Counted from the stretch's first letter, positions 1 through 10,700 are shown. The stretch is DNA of 32,000 bases from Pseudomonas aeruginosa (GCF_001457615.1 NZ_LN831024.1:2940001-2972000); one strand, 5' to 3'. Translations and numbers: made by a program. Notes: generated by a model from the letters alone, not told the origin.

Positions 1-106
1 GCTGCAAGCCGCGGCGCGACGCATCCACCGCTTGCTGTTCGACGAGGGCGGCGAACCGACGGCGGCCGCGACCCTCGACTTCGCCGATATCCGGCTGGCC
101 CATTGA
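1..106 (+). CDS. 3' end of a CDS, probably the ATP-binding subunit of the ABC transporter whose permease follows (partial)
   Basis: Open frame from base 2 to TGA at 104-106 (...LQAAARRIHRLLFDEGGEPTAAATLDFADIRLAH*), 16 nt before the permease ATG. Identity inferred mainly from context. Confidence 0.55.
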   Translation, partial: LQAAARRIHRLLFDEGGEPTAAATLDFADIRLAH

Positions 107-122
107 GCAGAGGAATCGATCG

Positions 123-989
123 ATGAGTCGAGTCACGCGCGTTCGCGAAGAATACGAAGTCCAGCTCGAACCCCTGCTGGAGGTCTCCCTGGAGCGGCGC
201 CTGCCCCTGAGCCAGCGTCTCTGGCAACAGGGCTGGCTGCGCAAGGGGCTGATCCTGGCGCTGCTGGCGCTGGCCTGGGAGCTGGCGGCGCGGGTCCAGG
301 GCAACGACCTGCTGCTGCCAGGCTTCCTGCAGACGGCCAGGGCCCTCGGCGAGGGCCTGGCCAGCGGCGAACTGCCGGCCAAGGCGGGGATCTCCCTGCT
401 GGTGCTGTTCAAGGGCTACCTGCTGGGGATCGTCCTGGCCTTCGTTCTGACCAGCCTGGCGGTCTCCACGCAGTTGGGCCGCGACCTGCTCGGGACCCTC
501 ACGGCGATGTTCAACCCGCTGCCGGCGATCGCGCTGCTGCCGCTGGCGCTGCTCTGGTTCGGCCTGGGCCAGAACAGCCTGATCTTCGTGCTGGTGCATT
601 CGGTGCTCTGGGCGCTGGCGCTGAACACCTATGCCGGTTTCCTCGGTGTCTCGGAGACCCTGCGTATGGCAGGGCGCAACTACGGCCTGCGTGGCCTGCG
701 CTTCGTCCTCCTGATCCTGGTGCCGGCGGCGCTGCCGTCGATTCTCGCCGGGCTGAAGATCGGCTGGGCCTTCGCCTGGCGCACGCTGATCGCCGCGGAA
801 CTGGTGTTCGGCGCGAGCAGCGGCAAGGGCGGGCTCGGCTGGTACATTTTCCAGAACCGCAACGAGCTGTACACCGACAAGGTATTCGCCGGCCTGGCCG
901 TGGTGGTGCTGATCGGCCTGCTGGTGGAGAACCTGGTGTTCGGCAGCATCGAGCGCCTCACGGTGAAGCGCTGGGGAGTGCAACGCTAG
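123..989 (+). CDS. ABC transporter inner-membrane permease, SsuC/TauC/nitrate-sulfonate-taurine type
   Basis: 288 aa, multiple hydrophobic segments, permease loop-like 'ALPSILAGLKIGWAFAWRTLIAAELVFGASSGKGGLGWYI' typical of BPD_transp_1 sulfonate/taurine family. Confidence 0.9.
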   Translation: MSRVTRVREEYEVQLEPLLEVSLERRLPLSQRLWQQGWLRKGLILALLALAWELAARVQGNDLLLPGFLQTARALGEGLASGELPAKAGISLLVLFKGYLLGIVLAFVLTSLAVSTQLGRDLLGTLTAMFNPLPAIALLPLALLWFGLGQNSLIFVLVHSVLWALALNTYAGFLGVSETLRMAGRNYGLRGLRFVLLILVPAALPSILAGLKIGWAFAWRTLIAAELVFGASSGKGGLGWYIFQNRNELYTDKVFAGLAVVVLIGLLVENLVFGSIERLTVKRWGVQR

Positions 990-1098
990 GGCGGCGGACG
1001 GGTGGAGTGTTACGGCAACTTTCTCGGCAACTGTTGCGCTGGCGCGGCGGCAAAGCGGAGTAACGTCTTGCCCGCACCCACTTCAAAGGATGGAACGA

Positions 1099-1716
1099 AT
1101 GTCGCTCTCCGTGGATCTGCTGCTGGCGTTCTCCCTGTTCGCCTTCGTCACCTCCGTCACGCCCGGTCCGAACAACACCATGTTGCTGGCCTCGGGGGTC
1201 AACTTCGGTTTCGTCCGCTCCATCCCGCACATCCTCGGGATCAGTTGCGGCTTCTTCATCATGGTGATGGCGGTGGGCTTCGGCCTGGGCACGGTGTTCG
1301 AGGCCTATCCGGTGCTGTACACCATCCTGCGCTACGTCGGCGCGGCCTACCTGCTGTACCTGGCCTGGAAGATCGCCACGTCCGGCCCGGCCGGCAACGA
1401 CCCGGAGGGACGTGGCAAGCCGTTGAGCTACTGGGGCGCGGCGGCGTTCCAGTGGGTCAACCCGAAGGCCTGGGTGATGGCGGTCGGCGCCATAAGCACC
1501 TATACGCCGTTGCAGGGCTACTTCACCAACGTGGTGGTGATCTCGACGGTATTTGCCCTGATCAACGCGCCGACCATCGGAATCTGGGCCGGTTTCGGCA
1601 GCATGCTGCGCAACGTGCTGCGCGATCCGCGCTGGCTGAGGGTGTTCAACGTAGGGATGGCGCTGCTGTTGGTCGCGTCGCTGTACCCGATCCTCGCGGA
1701 AAGCCATTCGGCCTGA
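1099..1716 (+). CDS. ambA: LysE/RhtB-family amino-acid exporter (AmbA)
   Basis: MSLSVDLLLAFSLFAFVTSVTPGPNNTMLLASGVNFGF...: canonical LysE/RhtB N-terminus (TPGPNNxMLLxSG). ATG at 1099 has AAAGG 5' of it; ORF track also allows ATG 1090. Directly upstream of ambB. Confidence 0.92.
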   Translation: MSLSVDLLLAFSLFAFVTSVTPGPNNTMLLASGVNFGFVRSIPHILGISCGFFIMVMAVGFGLGTVFEAYPVLYTILRYVGAAYLLYLAWKIATSGPAGNDPEGRGKPLSYWGAAAFQWVNPKAWVMAVGAISTYTPLQGYFTNVVVISTVFALINAPTIGIWAGFGSMLRNVLRDPRWLRVFNVGMALLLVASLYPILAESHSA

Positions 1717-1811
1717 CCTGTCACCACCCTATCAATTGTATTAGCTCGTAACTCGTCGCCATTTCGTGAAGAGTTTTTCGCTCGGTGCCCAGCCTCGGAA
1801 GGGGGAGAGCG

Positions 1812-4800
1812 ATGCAGGAGCGACATGGCTTACCGTTACGCAGCTTTTCGTCGGGCAAGGCGCTGACCGCGGGACGCGCAGTGCGCCCGGAGGTTGCGCA
1901 GGAGCGGCGCTACCTGCAAGGCGCCCCGCTGGGGCTGGAGTTGCCGGGACGAATCGCCTTGCGCGACCCGCATTGCGCCTGGCAATGGTTCGAGCCGGAG
2001 GCGGCCGCGGAAGCGTTCCCGGCGGCGCACTGGCTGGCGGCGTTCCTGGTACTGCTGGGACGCTACGGCAACGAAGAGATCACCCTGGGCTTTCCCGAGC
2101 CGATCACGGTTCGCGGGCGGCAGGCGCCCGCGCTGCTGCGTTCCGCCTACCGGGCGATGGAGTCGTCCGCCGAACGTAGCGCGCGGCTGGCGGAAGAACT
2201 CGATGACGCCCGGCGGCAGCTATCCGCCGACGGCCAGGAGCGCGCCGCCCTGGCCGGGTGCTGCGCGGTCCAGGTGCTGGCGGCGCGGCCAACGGCGAGC
2301 AGCCCCGGCTGGCTGGCCCTGGTGCTGGCGGCGGACGGCAGCGTCGGCCTGGCTCTGCGCGATCCCCAGTACGACGAATTGCGGCGTATCGCCGGCCATC
2401 TCGCGCGCCTGGCGCGCGGCCTGGTCGACGCCCAGGCCTGCGTCGGCCGGCTGCCCTGGCTGGACGCCGACGAAGAGCGCCGTTTGCAGGCCCTGCGCAG
2501 CGAGCCCCAGGCCGCCCCGTCGCGCGGCGTACTCCACCATCTGTTCGAGGCCCAGGCGCGGCGCACACCGCAGCGCATCGCCGTGCACGCCGCCGACCGT
2601 AGCCTCAGCTATGCCGAGCTGGAGCGCGAAAGCGCCGCGCTCGCCGTGCGCCTGCGCGCCGCCGGGGTGGCTCCGGAGCAGCGGGTCGGGGTCTGCCTGC
2701 GGCGCGACAGCGGCCTGCTGGTCGGCCTGCTTGGCGTGCTCCGCGCCGGCGGTTGCTACGTCCCGCTGGACCCGGCCTATCCGGAGGAGCGGGTGGCCTA
2801 CATGCTCGACGACGCCGACTGCCTGCTGGTGCTGGTCGACGCGAGCACCCGCGAGCGGGTCGCCGCGCTGGGCCGGCCATGCCTGACGCTGGAGGAGGGC
2901 GGCGACCAGGCGAACGACCTGGCGCTGCCCGCGAGCGAGGTCGGCGCCGACCACCTCGCCTACATCATCTACACCTCCGGTTCCACCGGACGCCCCAAGG
3001 GCGTCGCCATCGAGCACGGCAGCGCCCATGCCTTCCTGCGCTGGGCCGGCCAGCACTATGCCGCCGAAGAATGGAGCGGGGTACTGGCGGCGACCTCGGT
3101 GTGCTTCGACCTGTCGGTCTACGAGCTGTTCGGCACCCTGGCCGAAGGCGGCACGCTGCACCTGGTGGAAAACCTGTTCAGCCTGCCGGACTACCCGCGC
3201 CGCGACGAGATCAGCCTGCTCAATACCGTGCCCTCGGTGTGTGCCGCGCTGCTCGCCCTCGGCGACCTGCCGGGCGGGGTGCGCACGCTGAACCTGGCCG
3301 GCGAACCGCTGCGCGGCCACCTGGTGCGACAGATTCGTGGCCAACCCCAGGTACGGCGCCTGGTCAATCTCTACGGGCCGACCGAGGACACCACCTATTC
3401 GACGGCGCACGAACTGGACCTGCACGCCGAAGCGCTCGACGAGCCGCCCATCGGCCGACCGCTGCCCGGCACCACGGTGGAGGTGCTCGACGGCTTCGAG
3501 GCGCCGCTGCCGCTGGGCGTGGCCGGGGAGCTGTACCTCGGCGGCATCGGCCTGGCGCGTGGCTATTTCGGCAAGCCGGAGCAGACCGCCGAGCGTTTCC
3601 GCGTCGATCCGGGCAGCGGCGAGCGCCGCTATCGCACCGGCGACCGCGTACGCATGCGCGAGGACGGCGTGCTGGAACACCTCGGCCGGCTCGACGACCA
3701 GGTCAAGTTCAACGGCTTCCGCATCGAGCTGGGCGAGATCGCCTCGTGCCTGGCGAGTTTTCCCGGGGTGAGCGAAGCCTGCGCCATGCTCACCGAGGAC
3801 AGCGCCGGCCTGCGTCGGCTGGTCGGCTACCTGGCGGCGCCGTTCGCCCCGCCGCTCCAGGCGCTGAACGAGCACCTTGGGCAAAGTCTGCCGCACTACA
3901 TGTTGCCGTCAGCGTTCGTGGTCCTGGCGGAGCTGCCCAAGACGCTCAACGGCAAGATCGACCGCAAGGCCCTGCCGCGTCCCCAGGCGACCGGCGCCGA
4001 GCCCCAGGCGCTGCCCAGCGATCCGCTGGAGCAGGCGCTACACCAGGCCTGGCAGGCGCAGCTTGGTGCGCCGCCGCGCGCCGGACAGGGCTTCTACGCC
4101 GCCGGCGGCGATTCCCTGCGGGCGGTGCACCTGCTCGCGACGCTGCGCCAGCGACTGTCCCGACGCGTACCGTTGCAGGCGTTCGCCGGTGGCCCGGCGA
4201 CCCCCGAGGCCCTGCTGGAACTGCTGCGCCAGGCCGCGCCCGAGGGCGACGAGCCGGAGCCGAGCGCCGGCGCCGCCGGGCTGAGCCTCGCCGAACGGCG
4301 CCTGTGGGTGGCCCAGCAACTGGCGCCGGAGGACACCTCCTACAACCTGCTGGCCCACCTGCGCATAGTCGGCGCCACGGCCGACGCCATCGAACAGGCC
4401 TTGCGCCAGTTGCTGGAACGGCATGTGGCGCTGCGCCGGCGTGTCGAAACGGGCGTCGACGGGCCGCAGCCGCATGCGCTGGCGGCGCATGCGGTGCCCC
4501 TGCAACGCCTGCTGGCGAGCGACGCCGTCCACGCCGAGCGGTTGCTGGAGGATGGCGTGCGCCGTGAGGGCGCGCGAGTCTTCGACCTCGCCCACGAGGC
4601 GCCGGCACGCCTGCTGCTGGTCGTCACCCGCGACAGCGCGCGCGCCGACCTCCTGCTCAGCGTCCATCACTACGCCTTCGACGATGTGTCGCTGGCGGTC
4701 TTTGCCGCGGAACTGAAGACGCTGCTCGATGGCGGTCGCCTGGGCGTGCTCGCCAGTACGCCGGAACAGGTTGCCGCCCGCGAGCGCGCGGCGTTGGCCT

Positions 4801-5561
4801 CGGGACGCCTGGACCGTGTCGCCGAGCGCTGGGCTGAGCGTTTGTTGCCGCTGGCGAAGGCTCCCGGCGCCGCGCCGGCGCGCCCGGAGGAGAGCGGCGG
4901 GCGCGCCGGCCAACGCCTCGCCCTGCCGGTTTCCGCCGCCGTCCATGCCGTCTGCCGGGCGCTGGCCGAACGCACCTCGGTAAGCCCGTTCAGTGCTGCG
5001 CTACAGGCCTTCGCCGAAGTGCTCGGCGCCGAACTGGGCGTCGACGACCTGCTCGTCGGCGTGGCCCTGGCCGGGCGTTCGCGCCTGGAAATGCAGGGGC
5101 TGGTCGGCTGCTTCGTCAACCTCCTGCCGCTGGCGGTCGGCCTGCGTCCGGAGCAGTCCGTGGAGTGGCGCCTGCGCCAGGTCGGCCATGATCTGCTGGA
5201 ACTGCTCGAACACCAGGACGTGCCCCTCGAATGCGTGACCCAGGCCCTGAGCCAGCGCGGCGCCAGCGGCCTGCCGATCCGCATCGCCTGCGGCGCGCAC
5301 AACGGTCGGGCGGCCCCGGCGGTGGATGCCGGGGTGCGCGTCGAAGCCGACTTCATCCCGGTGCCTGGCGCGCGCCTGGACCTGACGCTGTGGCTGGAAG
5401 ACCAGCCGCAGGGTTGGCTGGCCGTCTGGACCGGGGTCAGCGCGATCTTCGACCTGCACCGCATCGAGCGCCTGCACCAGGCCTGGGAGCGGCGCCTGCT
5501 GGCGAATGCCGGCGAACCTATCTCGAAACGCATGTCGCCGGAGGGCTGCAACGCTTCCTGA
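1812..5561 (+). CDS. ambB: Non-ribosomal peptide synthetase AmbB (degenerate N-terminal C-like region, A, T, C-terminal C)
   Basis: A-domain motifs 'YIIYTSGSTGRPKGVAIEHG', 'NLYGPTEDTTYST', 'YRTGDRVRMREDG', 'NGFRIELGEI', 'LPKTLNGKIDRKAL'; carrier motif 'GGDSLRAVHLL'; condensation motif 'HHYAFDD'. ATG 1812 preceded by GGAAGGGGAGAGCG; the ORF-track start at 1785 is a GTG lacking this spacing. Confidence 0.95.
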   Translation: MQERHGLPLRSFSSGKALTAGRAVRPEVAQERRYLQGAPLGLELPGRIALRDPHCAWQWFEPEAAAEAFPAAHWLAAFLVLLGRYGNEEITLGFPEPITVRGRQAPALLRSAYRAMESSAERSARLAEELDDARRQLSADGQERAALAGCCAVQVLAARPTASSPGWLALVLAADGSVGLALRDPQYDELRRIAGHLARLARGLVDAQACVGRLPWLDADEERRLQALRSEPQAAPSRGVLHHLFEAQARRTPQRIAVHAADRSLSYAELERESAALAVRLRAAGVAPEQRVGVCLRRDSGLLVGLLGVLRAGGCYVPLDPAYPEERVAYMLDDADCLLVLVDASTRERVAALGRPCLTLEEGGDQANDLALPASEVGADHLAYIIYTSGSTGRPKGVAIEHGSAHAFLRWAGQHYAAEEWSGVLAATSVCFDLSVYELFGTLAEGGTLHLVENLFSLPDYPRRDEISLLNTVPSVCAALLALGDLPGGVRTLNLAGEPLRGHLVRQIRGQPQVRRLVNLYGPTEDTTYSTAHELDLHAEALDEPPIGRPLPGTTVEVLDGFEAPLPLGVAGELYLGGIGLARGYFGKPEQTAERFRVDPGSGERRYRTGDRVRMREDGVLEHLGRLDDQVKFNGFRIELGEIASCLASFPGVSEACAMLTEDSAGLRRLVGYLAAPFAPPLQALNEHLGQSLPHYMLPSAFVVLAELPKTLNGKIDRKALPRPQATGAEPQALPSDPLEQALHQAWQAQLGAPPRAGQGFYAAGGDSLRAVHLLATLRQRLSRRVPLQAFAGGPATPEALLELLRQAAPEGDEPEPSAGAAGLSLAERRLWVAQQLAPEDTSYNLLAHLRIVGATADAIEQALRQLLERHVALRRRVETGVDGPQPHALAAHAVPLQRLLASDAVHAERLLEDGVRREGARVFDLAHEAPARLLLVVTRDSARADLLLSVHHYAFDDVSLAVFAAELKTLLDGGRLGVLASTPEQVAARERAALASGRLDRVAERWAERLLPLAKAPGAAPARPEESGGRAGQRLALPVSAAVHAVCRALAERTSVSPFSAALQAFAEVLGAELGVDDLLVGVALAGRSRLEMQGLVGCFVNLLPLAVGLRPEQSVEWRLRQVGHDLLELLEHQDVPLECVTQALSQRGASGLPIRIACGAHNGRAAPAVDAGVRVEADFIPVPGARLDLTLWLEDQPQGWLAVWTGVSAIFDLHRIERLHQAWERRLLANAGEPISKRMSPEGCNAS

Positions 5562-5590
5562 CGACCCCGAGCCTCCCACGGAGAACAGCG

Positions 5591-6679
5591 ATGGAACGAA
5601 CAGCTCCCAGTCTCACCGGTCGCGGCTTCGCCCGGCCGCGCAATCTCAGCCCGCGCAGCAGCGAGGCGCTGGTGCGGCGCCCGGCGGCGGAGCGCGACGG
5701 CCTGCCGCTGCTGATCGAGGCACAGGCTCCCGGCCTGTCCCTGGCCGACTGGATTCGCGAGCAGGGCCAGTCCCTGCACGACGACCTGAACCTGGCTGGC
5801 GGCCTGTTGCTGAGAGGCTTCGAGGTCGACTCGGCAGAGCGCTTCCGCGCAGCCGCCGCTGCCTTCGCCCCGCAACTGCTCGACTACAAGGAGCGTTCCT
5901 CGCCGCGTAGCCAGGTCAGCGGCGAGGTCTACACCTCCACCGAGCATCCGGTGGACCAGCCGATCTTCCTGCATAACGAGCAGTCCTATACCGCCGACTG
6001 GCCGCTGTACATCATGTTCCATTGCCAGGTCGCGCCGCTCGAGGGCGGCGCCACCCCGGTGGCGGCCAACCGGCTGGTGCTCCGCCACCTGCCGGACGAA
6101 TTGCTGGAACGCTTCGGGCGCCTGGGCATCCTCTACGTGCGCAACTACCGCGCCGGCCTCGGCCTGTCCTGGCGCGAAGCGTTCCAGACCGACAGCCGCG
6201 CCGAGGTCGAGGCGTTCTGCGCTGAGCACCGGATCGCCCATGCCTGGATCGGCGACGAGCACCTGCGCACCTGGCAGAGGCGCGCGGCGTTCCAACGCCA
6301 CCCGTATACCGGCGAGCGCCTGTGGTTCAACCACGGCATGTTCTTCCATGCCACCAGTCTCGAGCCGGGCCTGCGCGATGCGCTGCTGCGCAGCGTCGCC
6401 GAGGAAGACCTGCCGTACCAGACCTACTACGGCGATGGCAGCCCGATCGAGGCGCAGACCCTGGCGACCATCCGCAGCGCCATAGACCGCGAGACGCGGC
6501 GCTTCGACTGGCGCGTGGGCGACGTGCTGATCCTCGACAACATGCTCGCCCAGCACGGCCGCGAGCCGTTCCGCGGGCCGCGACGGATCCTCACCATCAT
6601 GTCCACGCCGTATTCCAGCCTGGCGCCCGCCGACGTCCCGCCGACACCTTCGCGCCTGGCGCTCGGAGGTGCCGCATGA
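5591..6679 (+). CDS. ambC: TauD/clavaminate-synthase-like Fe(II)/2-oxoglutarate oxygenase (AmbC)
   Basis: MERTAPSLTGRGFARPRNLSPRS...; 'LLLRGFEV', 'LHNEQSYTADWPLYIMFHCQ' (HxE metal motif), 'FQTDSRAEVEAFC', 'GDVLILDNMLAQHGREPFRGPRRIL'. ATG within the 5231..6679 ORF. Confidence 0.92.
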   Translation: MERTAPSLTGRGFARPRNLSPRSSEALVRRPAAERDGLPLLIEAQAPGLSLADWIREQGQSLHDDLNLAGGLLLRGFEVDSAERFRAAAAAFAPQLLDYKERSSPRSQVSGEVYTSTEHPVDQPIFLHNEQSYTADWPLYIMFHCQVAPLEGGATPVAANRLVLRHLPDELLERFGRLGILYVRNYRAGLGLSWREAFQTDSRAEVEAFCAEHRIAHAWIGDEHLRTWQRRAAFQRHPYTGERLWFNHGMFFHATSLEPGLRDALLRSVAEEDLPYQTYYGDGSPIEAQTLATIRSAIDRETRRFDWRVGDVLILDNMLAQHGREPFRGPRRILTIMSTPYSSLAPADVPPTPSRLALGGAA

Positions 6680-7695
6680 GCGCCTCGTTCAGCGCGCCGC
6701 GCCTGCGCCCCCGGCAGCTCTCGGCCGGCGACCTGGTGGAGGAAAGCCTGCTCGACCCGGCCAACGACTACCTGCGCATCGTCCGCGCGCGCCAGCCGGG
6801 CATGGACCTGCGGCAATGGATCGCCGCCGCCGGCGCAGGGCTGCGCGACAGCCTGCTGCGGCATGGCGGCATCCTGTTTCGTGGCTTCGCGGTAGACGGA
6901 GCGGAGGGCTTCTCCCAGGCGGTACAAAGCTTTTCGCCGAACATGCTCGACTACCTGGAGCGCGCGGCGGCACGCCAGGAAGTGGCGCACCGGGTGTTCA
7001 CCTCCACCGAGTTCTCGCCGGACGGCTGGATTCCGCCGCACCACGAGATGTCCTACTCGCACAACTGGCCGAGCTATATCCACTTCTACTGCCAGACACC
7101 GCCCGCCACCCAGGGCCGCACGCCCCTGGCCGACGAGCGCCGGGTCAGCGCTCGGATACCCGAGGCGATCAGGCAGCGCTTCCTCCGCCATGGGGTGTGC
7201 TACGTGCGCAACTACGGGCCGGAGATCGACCTGACCTGGCAGGAAGGCTTCCAGACCGACAGTCGCGCCGAGGTCGAGGCCTACTGCCGGCAGACCGGTA
7301 CCCAATGGACCTGGCTCGACGACCAGCGCCTGAATACCCGCCAGGTACGCCAGGCGATGGTGCGCCACCCGCTCAGCGGCGAGACGCTGTGGTTCAACCA
7401 CGCGCACATGTTCCATGTCTCCAACATGCCGCCGGCCCTGGCCCGGGCCTTGCTCGACGAGGTCGGCGAACAGGGCCTGCCGCGCAACGCCTACTACGGC
7501 GACGGCAGCCCGATCGAGGCGGAGGTGCTGGACACCATCCGCGCCGCCTACCGCGAGGAAACCCGCGCGTTCGCCTGGGAGCGCGGCGATGTCCTGATGC
7601 TCGACAACTTCATCAGCGTCCACGGCCGCGAGCCGTACACCGGCGAGCGCAAGGTGCTGGTGGCGATGACCGACCTGCATGTCCACCAACCCTGA
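6676..7695 (+). CDS. ambD: TauD/clavaminate-synthase-like Fe(II)/2-oxoglutarate oxygenase (AmbD), paralogue of AmbC
   Basis: MSASFSAPRLRPRQLSAGDLVEESL...; 'ILFRGFAVDG', 'PHHEMSYSHNWPSYIHFYCQ', 'FQTDSRAEVEAYC', 'GDVLMLDNFISVHGREPYTGERKV'. ATGA overlap with ambC. Confidence 0.92.
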   Translation: MSASFSAPRLRPRQLSAGDLVEESLLDPANDYLRIVRARQPGMDLRQWIAAAGAGLRDSLLRHGGILFRGFAVDGAEGFSQAVQSFSPNMLDYLERAAARQEVAHRVFTSTEFSPDGWIPPHHEMSYSHNWPSYIHFYCQTPPATQGRTPLADERRVSARIPEAIRQRFLRHGVCYVRNYGPEIDLTWQEGFQTDSRAEVEAYCRQTGTQWTWLDDQRLNTRQVRQAMVRHPLSGETLWFNHAHMFHVSNMPPALARALLDEVGEQGLPRNAYYGDGSPIEAEVLDTIRAAYREETRAFAWERGDVLMLDNFISVHGREPYTGERKVLVAMTDLHVHQP

Positions 7696-7714
7696 ACCCG
7701 TGCGAGGGATAGCC

Positions 7715-10700
7715 ATGAGTGCGTCAGAAGACCTGCAATCCGCTGTGCAACCGGCCGCGAGCGAAGCGCTCGAAGGATTCCCGCTGTCTCCCTTGCAGAC
7801 CCGCGCCTGGCGCCGCCATGCCGAGCGGCCGGAAAATACGGTTGTCGGCGTGCGCCTGCACGCCCCGGCCGATCCCGTGGCGACGCTGGAGCGGCTGCGC
7901 CGGGCGCTGGACGGCGAGGCGCAACTGCGCGTGGCCTACCGGACGATGCCGGGCATGAGCCTGCCGGTGCAGGTACTGGATGGGCGCGCGGCCGATCTGC
8001 TGGTCGAGCGCCTGCCGGGAGACGGCGACTGGGCCGGACGCTTCGCGCGCGAAAGCGCGCGTCTCGCCGCTTCGCCCCTGGGCGGGGAAGGCCAGCCGGT
8101 ACTGGCGCTCGGCCTGCTGCTGGACGCCGCCGGAGAGACGCTCCAGGGGCTGTTGCTGGCGGCGCCGGCGTTCGTCGTCGATGCGGCCAGCCTGGTGGCG
8201 CTGCTGCGCCGCGGCCTGGGGCCGGCCGGCCAGGCGAGCGCGGACGAGGGAGACGAGGCGCTGCTGTTCCAGCATTTCTCCGAGTGGGCCAACGAGGCGC
8301 TGGCCGGCGAAGACGGCGAAAGCGCCAGCGGTTACTGGCGAGAGCAGGCGGCCGTTGCGGCGGAGAGTCCGCTGGCGCTGGCGGACGACCTGGGCGAAGG
8401 CGAGTGGACGGCGCGGCGCCTGCTGCCGCGCGCGCTGCTCGAACGCCTGGCCGCCAACGGCTTGCCGGAGGCGGCCGCCCTGCTGGCCTGGACCCAGGTC
8501 GCCGGGCAGTTCCAGGGCGACGAGGGACTCCCTCTGGAAATGGCGCGACTGGTCTCGGGGCGCCTGTTCAACGAGTTCGCCGAGCTGGCCGGACCGTTCG
8601 CCGGGGTCGCGCCGCTGTGCCTGGAGAATGTCCGCGCGGGCAGCGTCGGCGAGCGGCTCGACGCCCTCCAGGCGGCGATCCTCGCCCAGGAGGAGGCAGC
8701 GGCCCTGCGCGATCCCTTTGCCCCCGACTGGCCGCTCGCCGAGTTGGGCTTCGCCTGGCTGGCGGGCGAACTGGATGGCGCCGGGGTGGCCGAGCTGGAT
8801 TGCCGTCAGCCGCCGCTGGGCGGGTTCCTCGAGTTGCAGGTGCTGCCCCACGGCGAAGGCCGGCTGGCCAGCCTGCGGGTCCGCCGCGACCATGACGGAA
8901 CGCTGGCCGGGCGCTTGCTCGACGCCTGGGTCGAATGCCTGGAAAGCATCGCCGCCGACAGGCAACTGCCACTGGCCGGGCTGCCGTTGATCGGCGCGGC
9001 CGAGCGCGAGCGCTACCAGGCCTGGCAGGGCGAGCGCGTGGAGCCCGCGCCGGTGGAATCCCTGGTGGCCGCGTTCGATCTGCGCGCCGCCCTGCAGCCG
9101 CAGGCGCCGGCGTTGCTGGATGCCCACGGCAGCCTGGATTTCGCCACGCTGCGCGCGCGCAGCGAAGCGGTCGCCGAAGCGCTGCTGGCTGCCGGCGTGC
9201 GGCCCGGCCAGGCGGTGGCGGTGATGACCGGGCGCAACCGCGAGGCGATCGTCGCCCTGCTCGGGGTGATGCGCGCGGCGGCGGTGTACACCCCGGTCAA
9301 TCCGGAGTTTCCGGCGGCGCGGGTGGAGCGGATGCGCGAAGCGGGCGGGATCGTCTTCGCCCTTGCCGATGCCGAGTGCGCCGGGCGCGCCCGCGAGGAC
9401 TTCGCCGGGGCCTGCCTGGACCTGTCGACGCTGCCGCTTGCCGGCAGCGGCATGAGCCTGCCGGCGCCGGGCGGGCGCGATGCGGCCTACATGATCTTCA
9501 CCTCGGGCACCAGCGGCCAGCCCAAAGGCGTGGTGGTCGAGCACGCCAGCGCGCTCAACCTGTCCCAGGCCCTGGCGCGCACGGTATACGCGAACGTGGT
9601 GGGCGAGGGCCTGCGGGTGACGGTCAACGCGCCGTTCTCCTTCGACTCCTCGATCAAGCAGATTCTCCAGTTGCTCTCCGGCCATTGCCTGGTCCTGGTG
9701 CCGCAGGAGGTGCGCAGCGATCCGCAGCGGATGCTGGGGTTCCTCGAAGAACGGCGCATCGACGTGCTCGACTGCACCCCGTCGCTGTTCCGCCTGCTGC
9801 TCCAGGCCGGCCTCGACGATGCCCACCCGGCGCTGCCCGGGCGCATCCTGGTAGGGGGCGAGCGCTTCGACGAAGCGTCCTGGGAGGTCGCCGCCGGCTG
9901 GCGCCGCTGCCAGGTGTTCAATCTCTACGGTCCTACCGAAGCCACGGTGAACGCCAGCCTGGCGCGGGTCGCCGAGCATGCGCGGCCGACCATCGGCCGC
10001 GCCCTGGCCAACGTCGATCTGCATGTGGTCGATGGCCTCGGTCGTCGCAAGACCCGTGGCGCCAGCGGCGAACTGTGGATCGGCGGCGCCGGGGTGGCGC
10101 GCGGCTATGCCGGCGACGCCGGCGAGGCGGCCGGGCGCTTCCTCGAGGAGGGCTGGCCGGGCAGCGGCCGCCTGTACCGCAGCGGCGACCTGGTGCGCTG
10201 GCGCGCCGACGGTTGCCTGGAGTTCCTCGGGCGGATCGACGAACAGGTGAAGATCAACGGCTACCGCATCGAACTGGGCGAGATCCGCAGCGCGTTGCTG
10301 GAACACCCGGCGGTGGGCGAGGCGGCGGTACTCACCGACGAGGCCGATGCGGCCGAACCGGGCGCGGATCGCCGGATCGTCGCCTTCGTCACCGCCGCCG
10401 AGGAGACCGCGGACGAGTCCTGGCTGGAAGTCGACCTGCCCAGCGGGCACCGGGTCGCCGGACTGAACCTCAACGAAACCGAGTACGTCTACCAGGAAAT
10501 CTTCGTCGACGAGGTCTACAGCCGCGACGGCATCGTCCTGCCGCCGGACGCGGTGGTCCTCGACGTCGGTGCCAACATCGGCCTGTTCTCGCTGTACATC
10601 GCCAGCCGCGCGCCGCGCGCGCGAGTGGTCGCCTTCGAGCCGCTGGCACCGATCCGCCGGCGCCTGGAGGCCAACCTCGGACGCTACGCACCGCAGGTCG

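Noticed and set aside
4670-6556. 628-aa minus-strand ORF spanning the ambB/ambC junction
   Set aside because: Shadow ORF; no recognisable protein motif and it runs against two well-supported genes.
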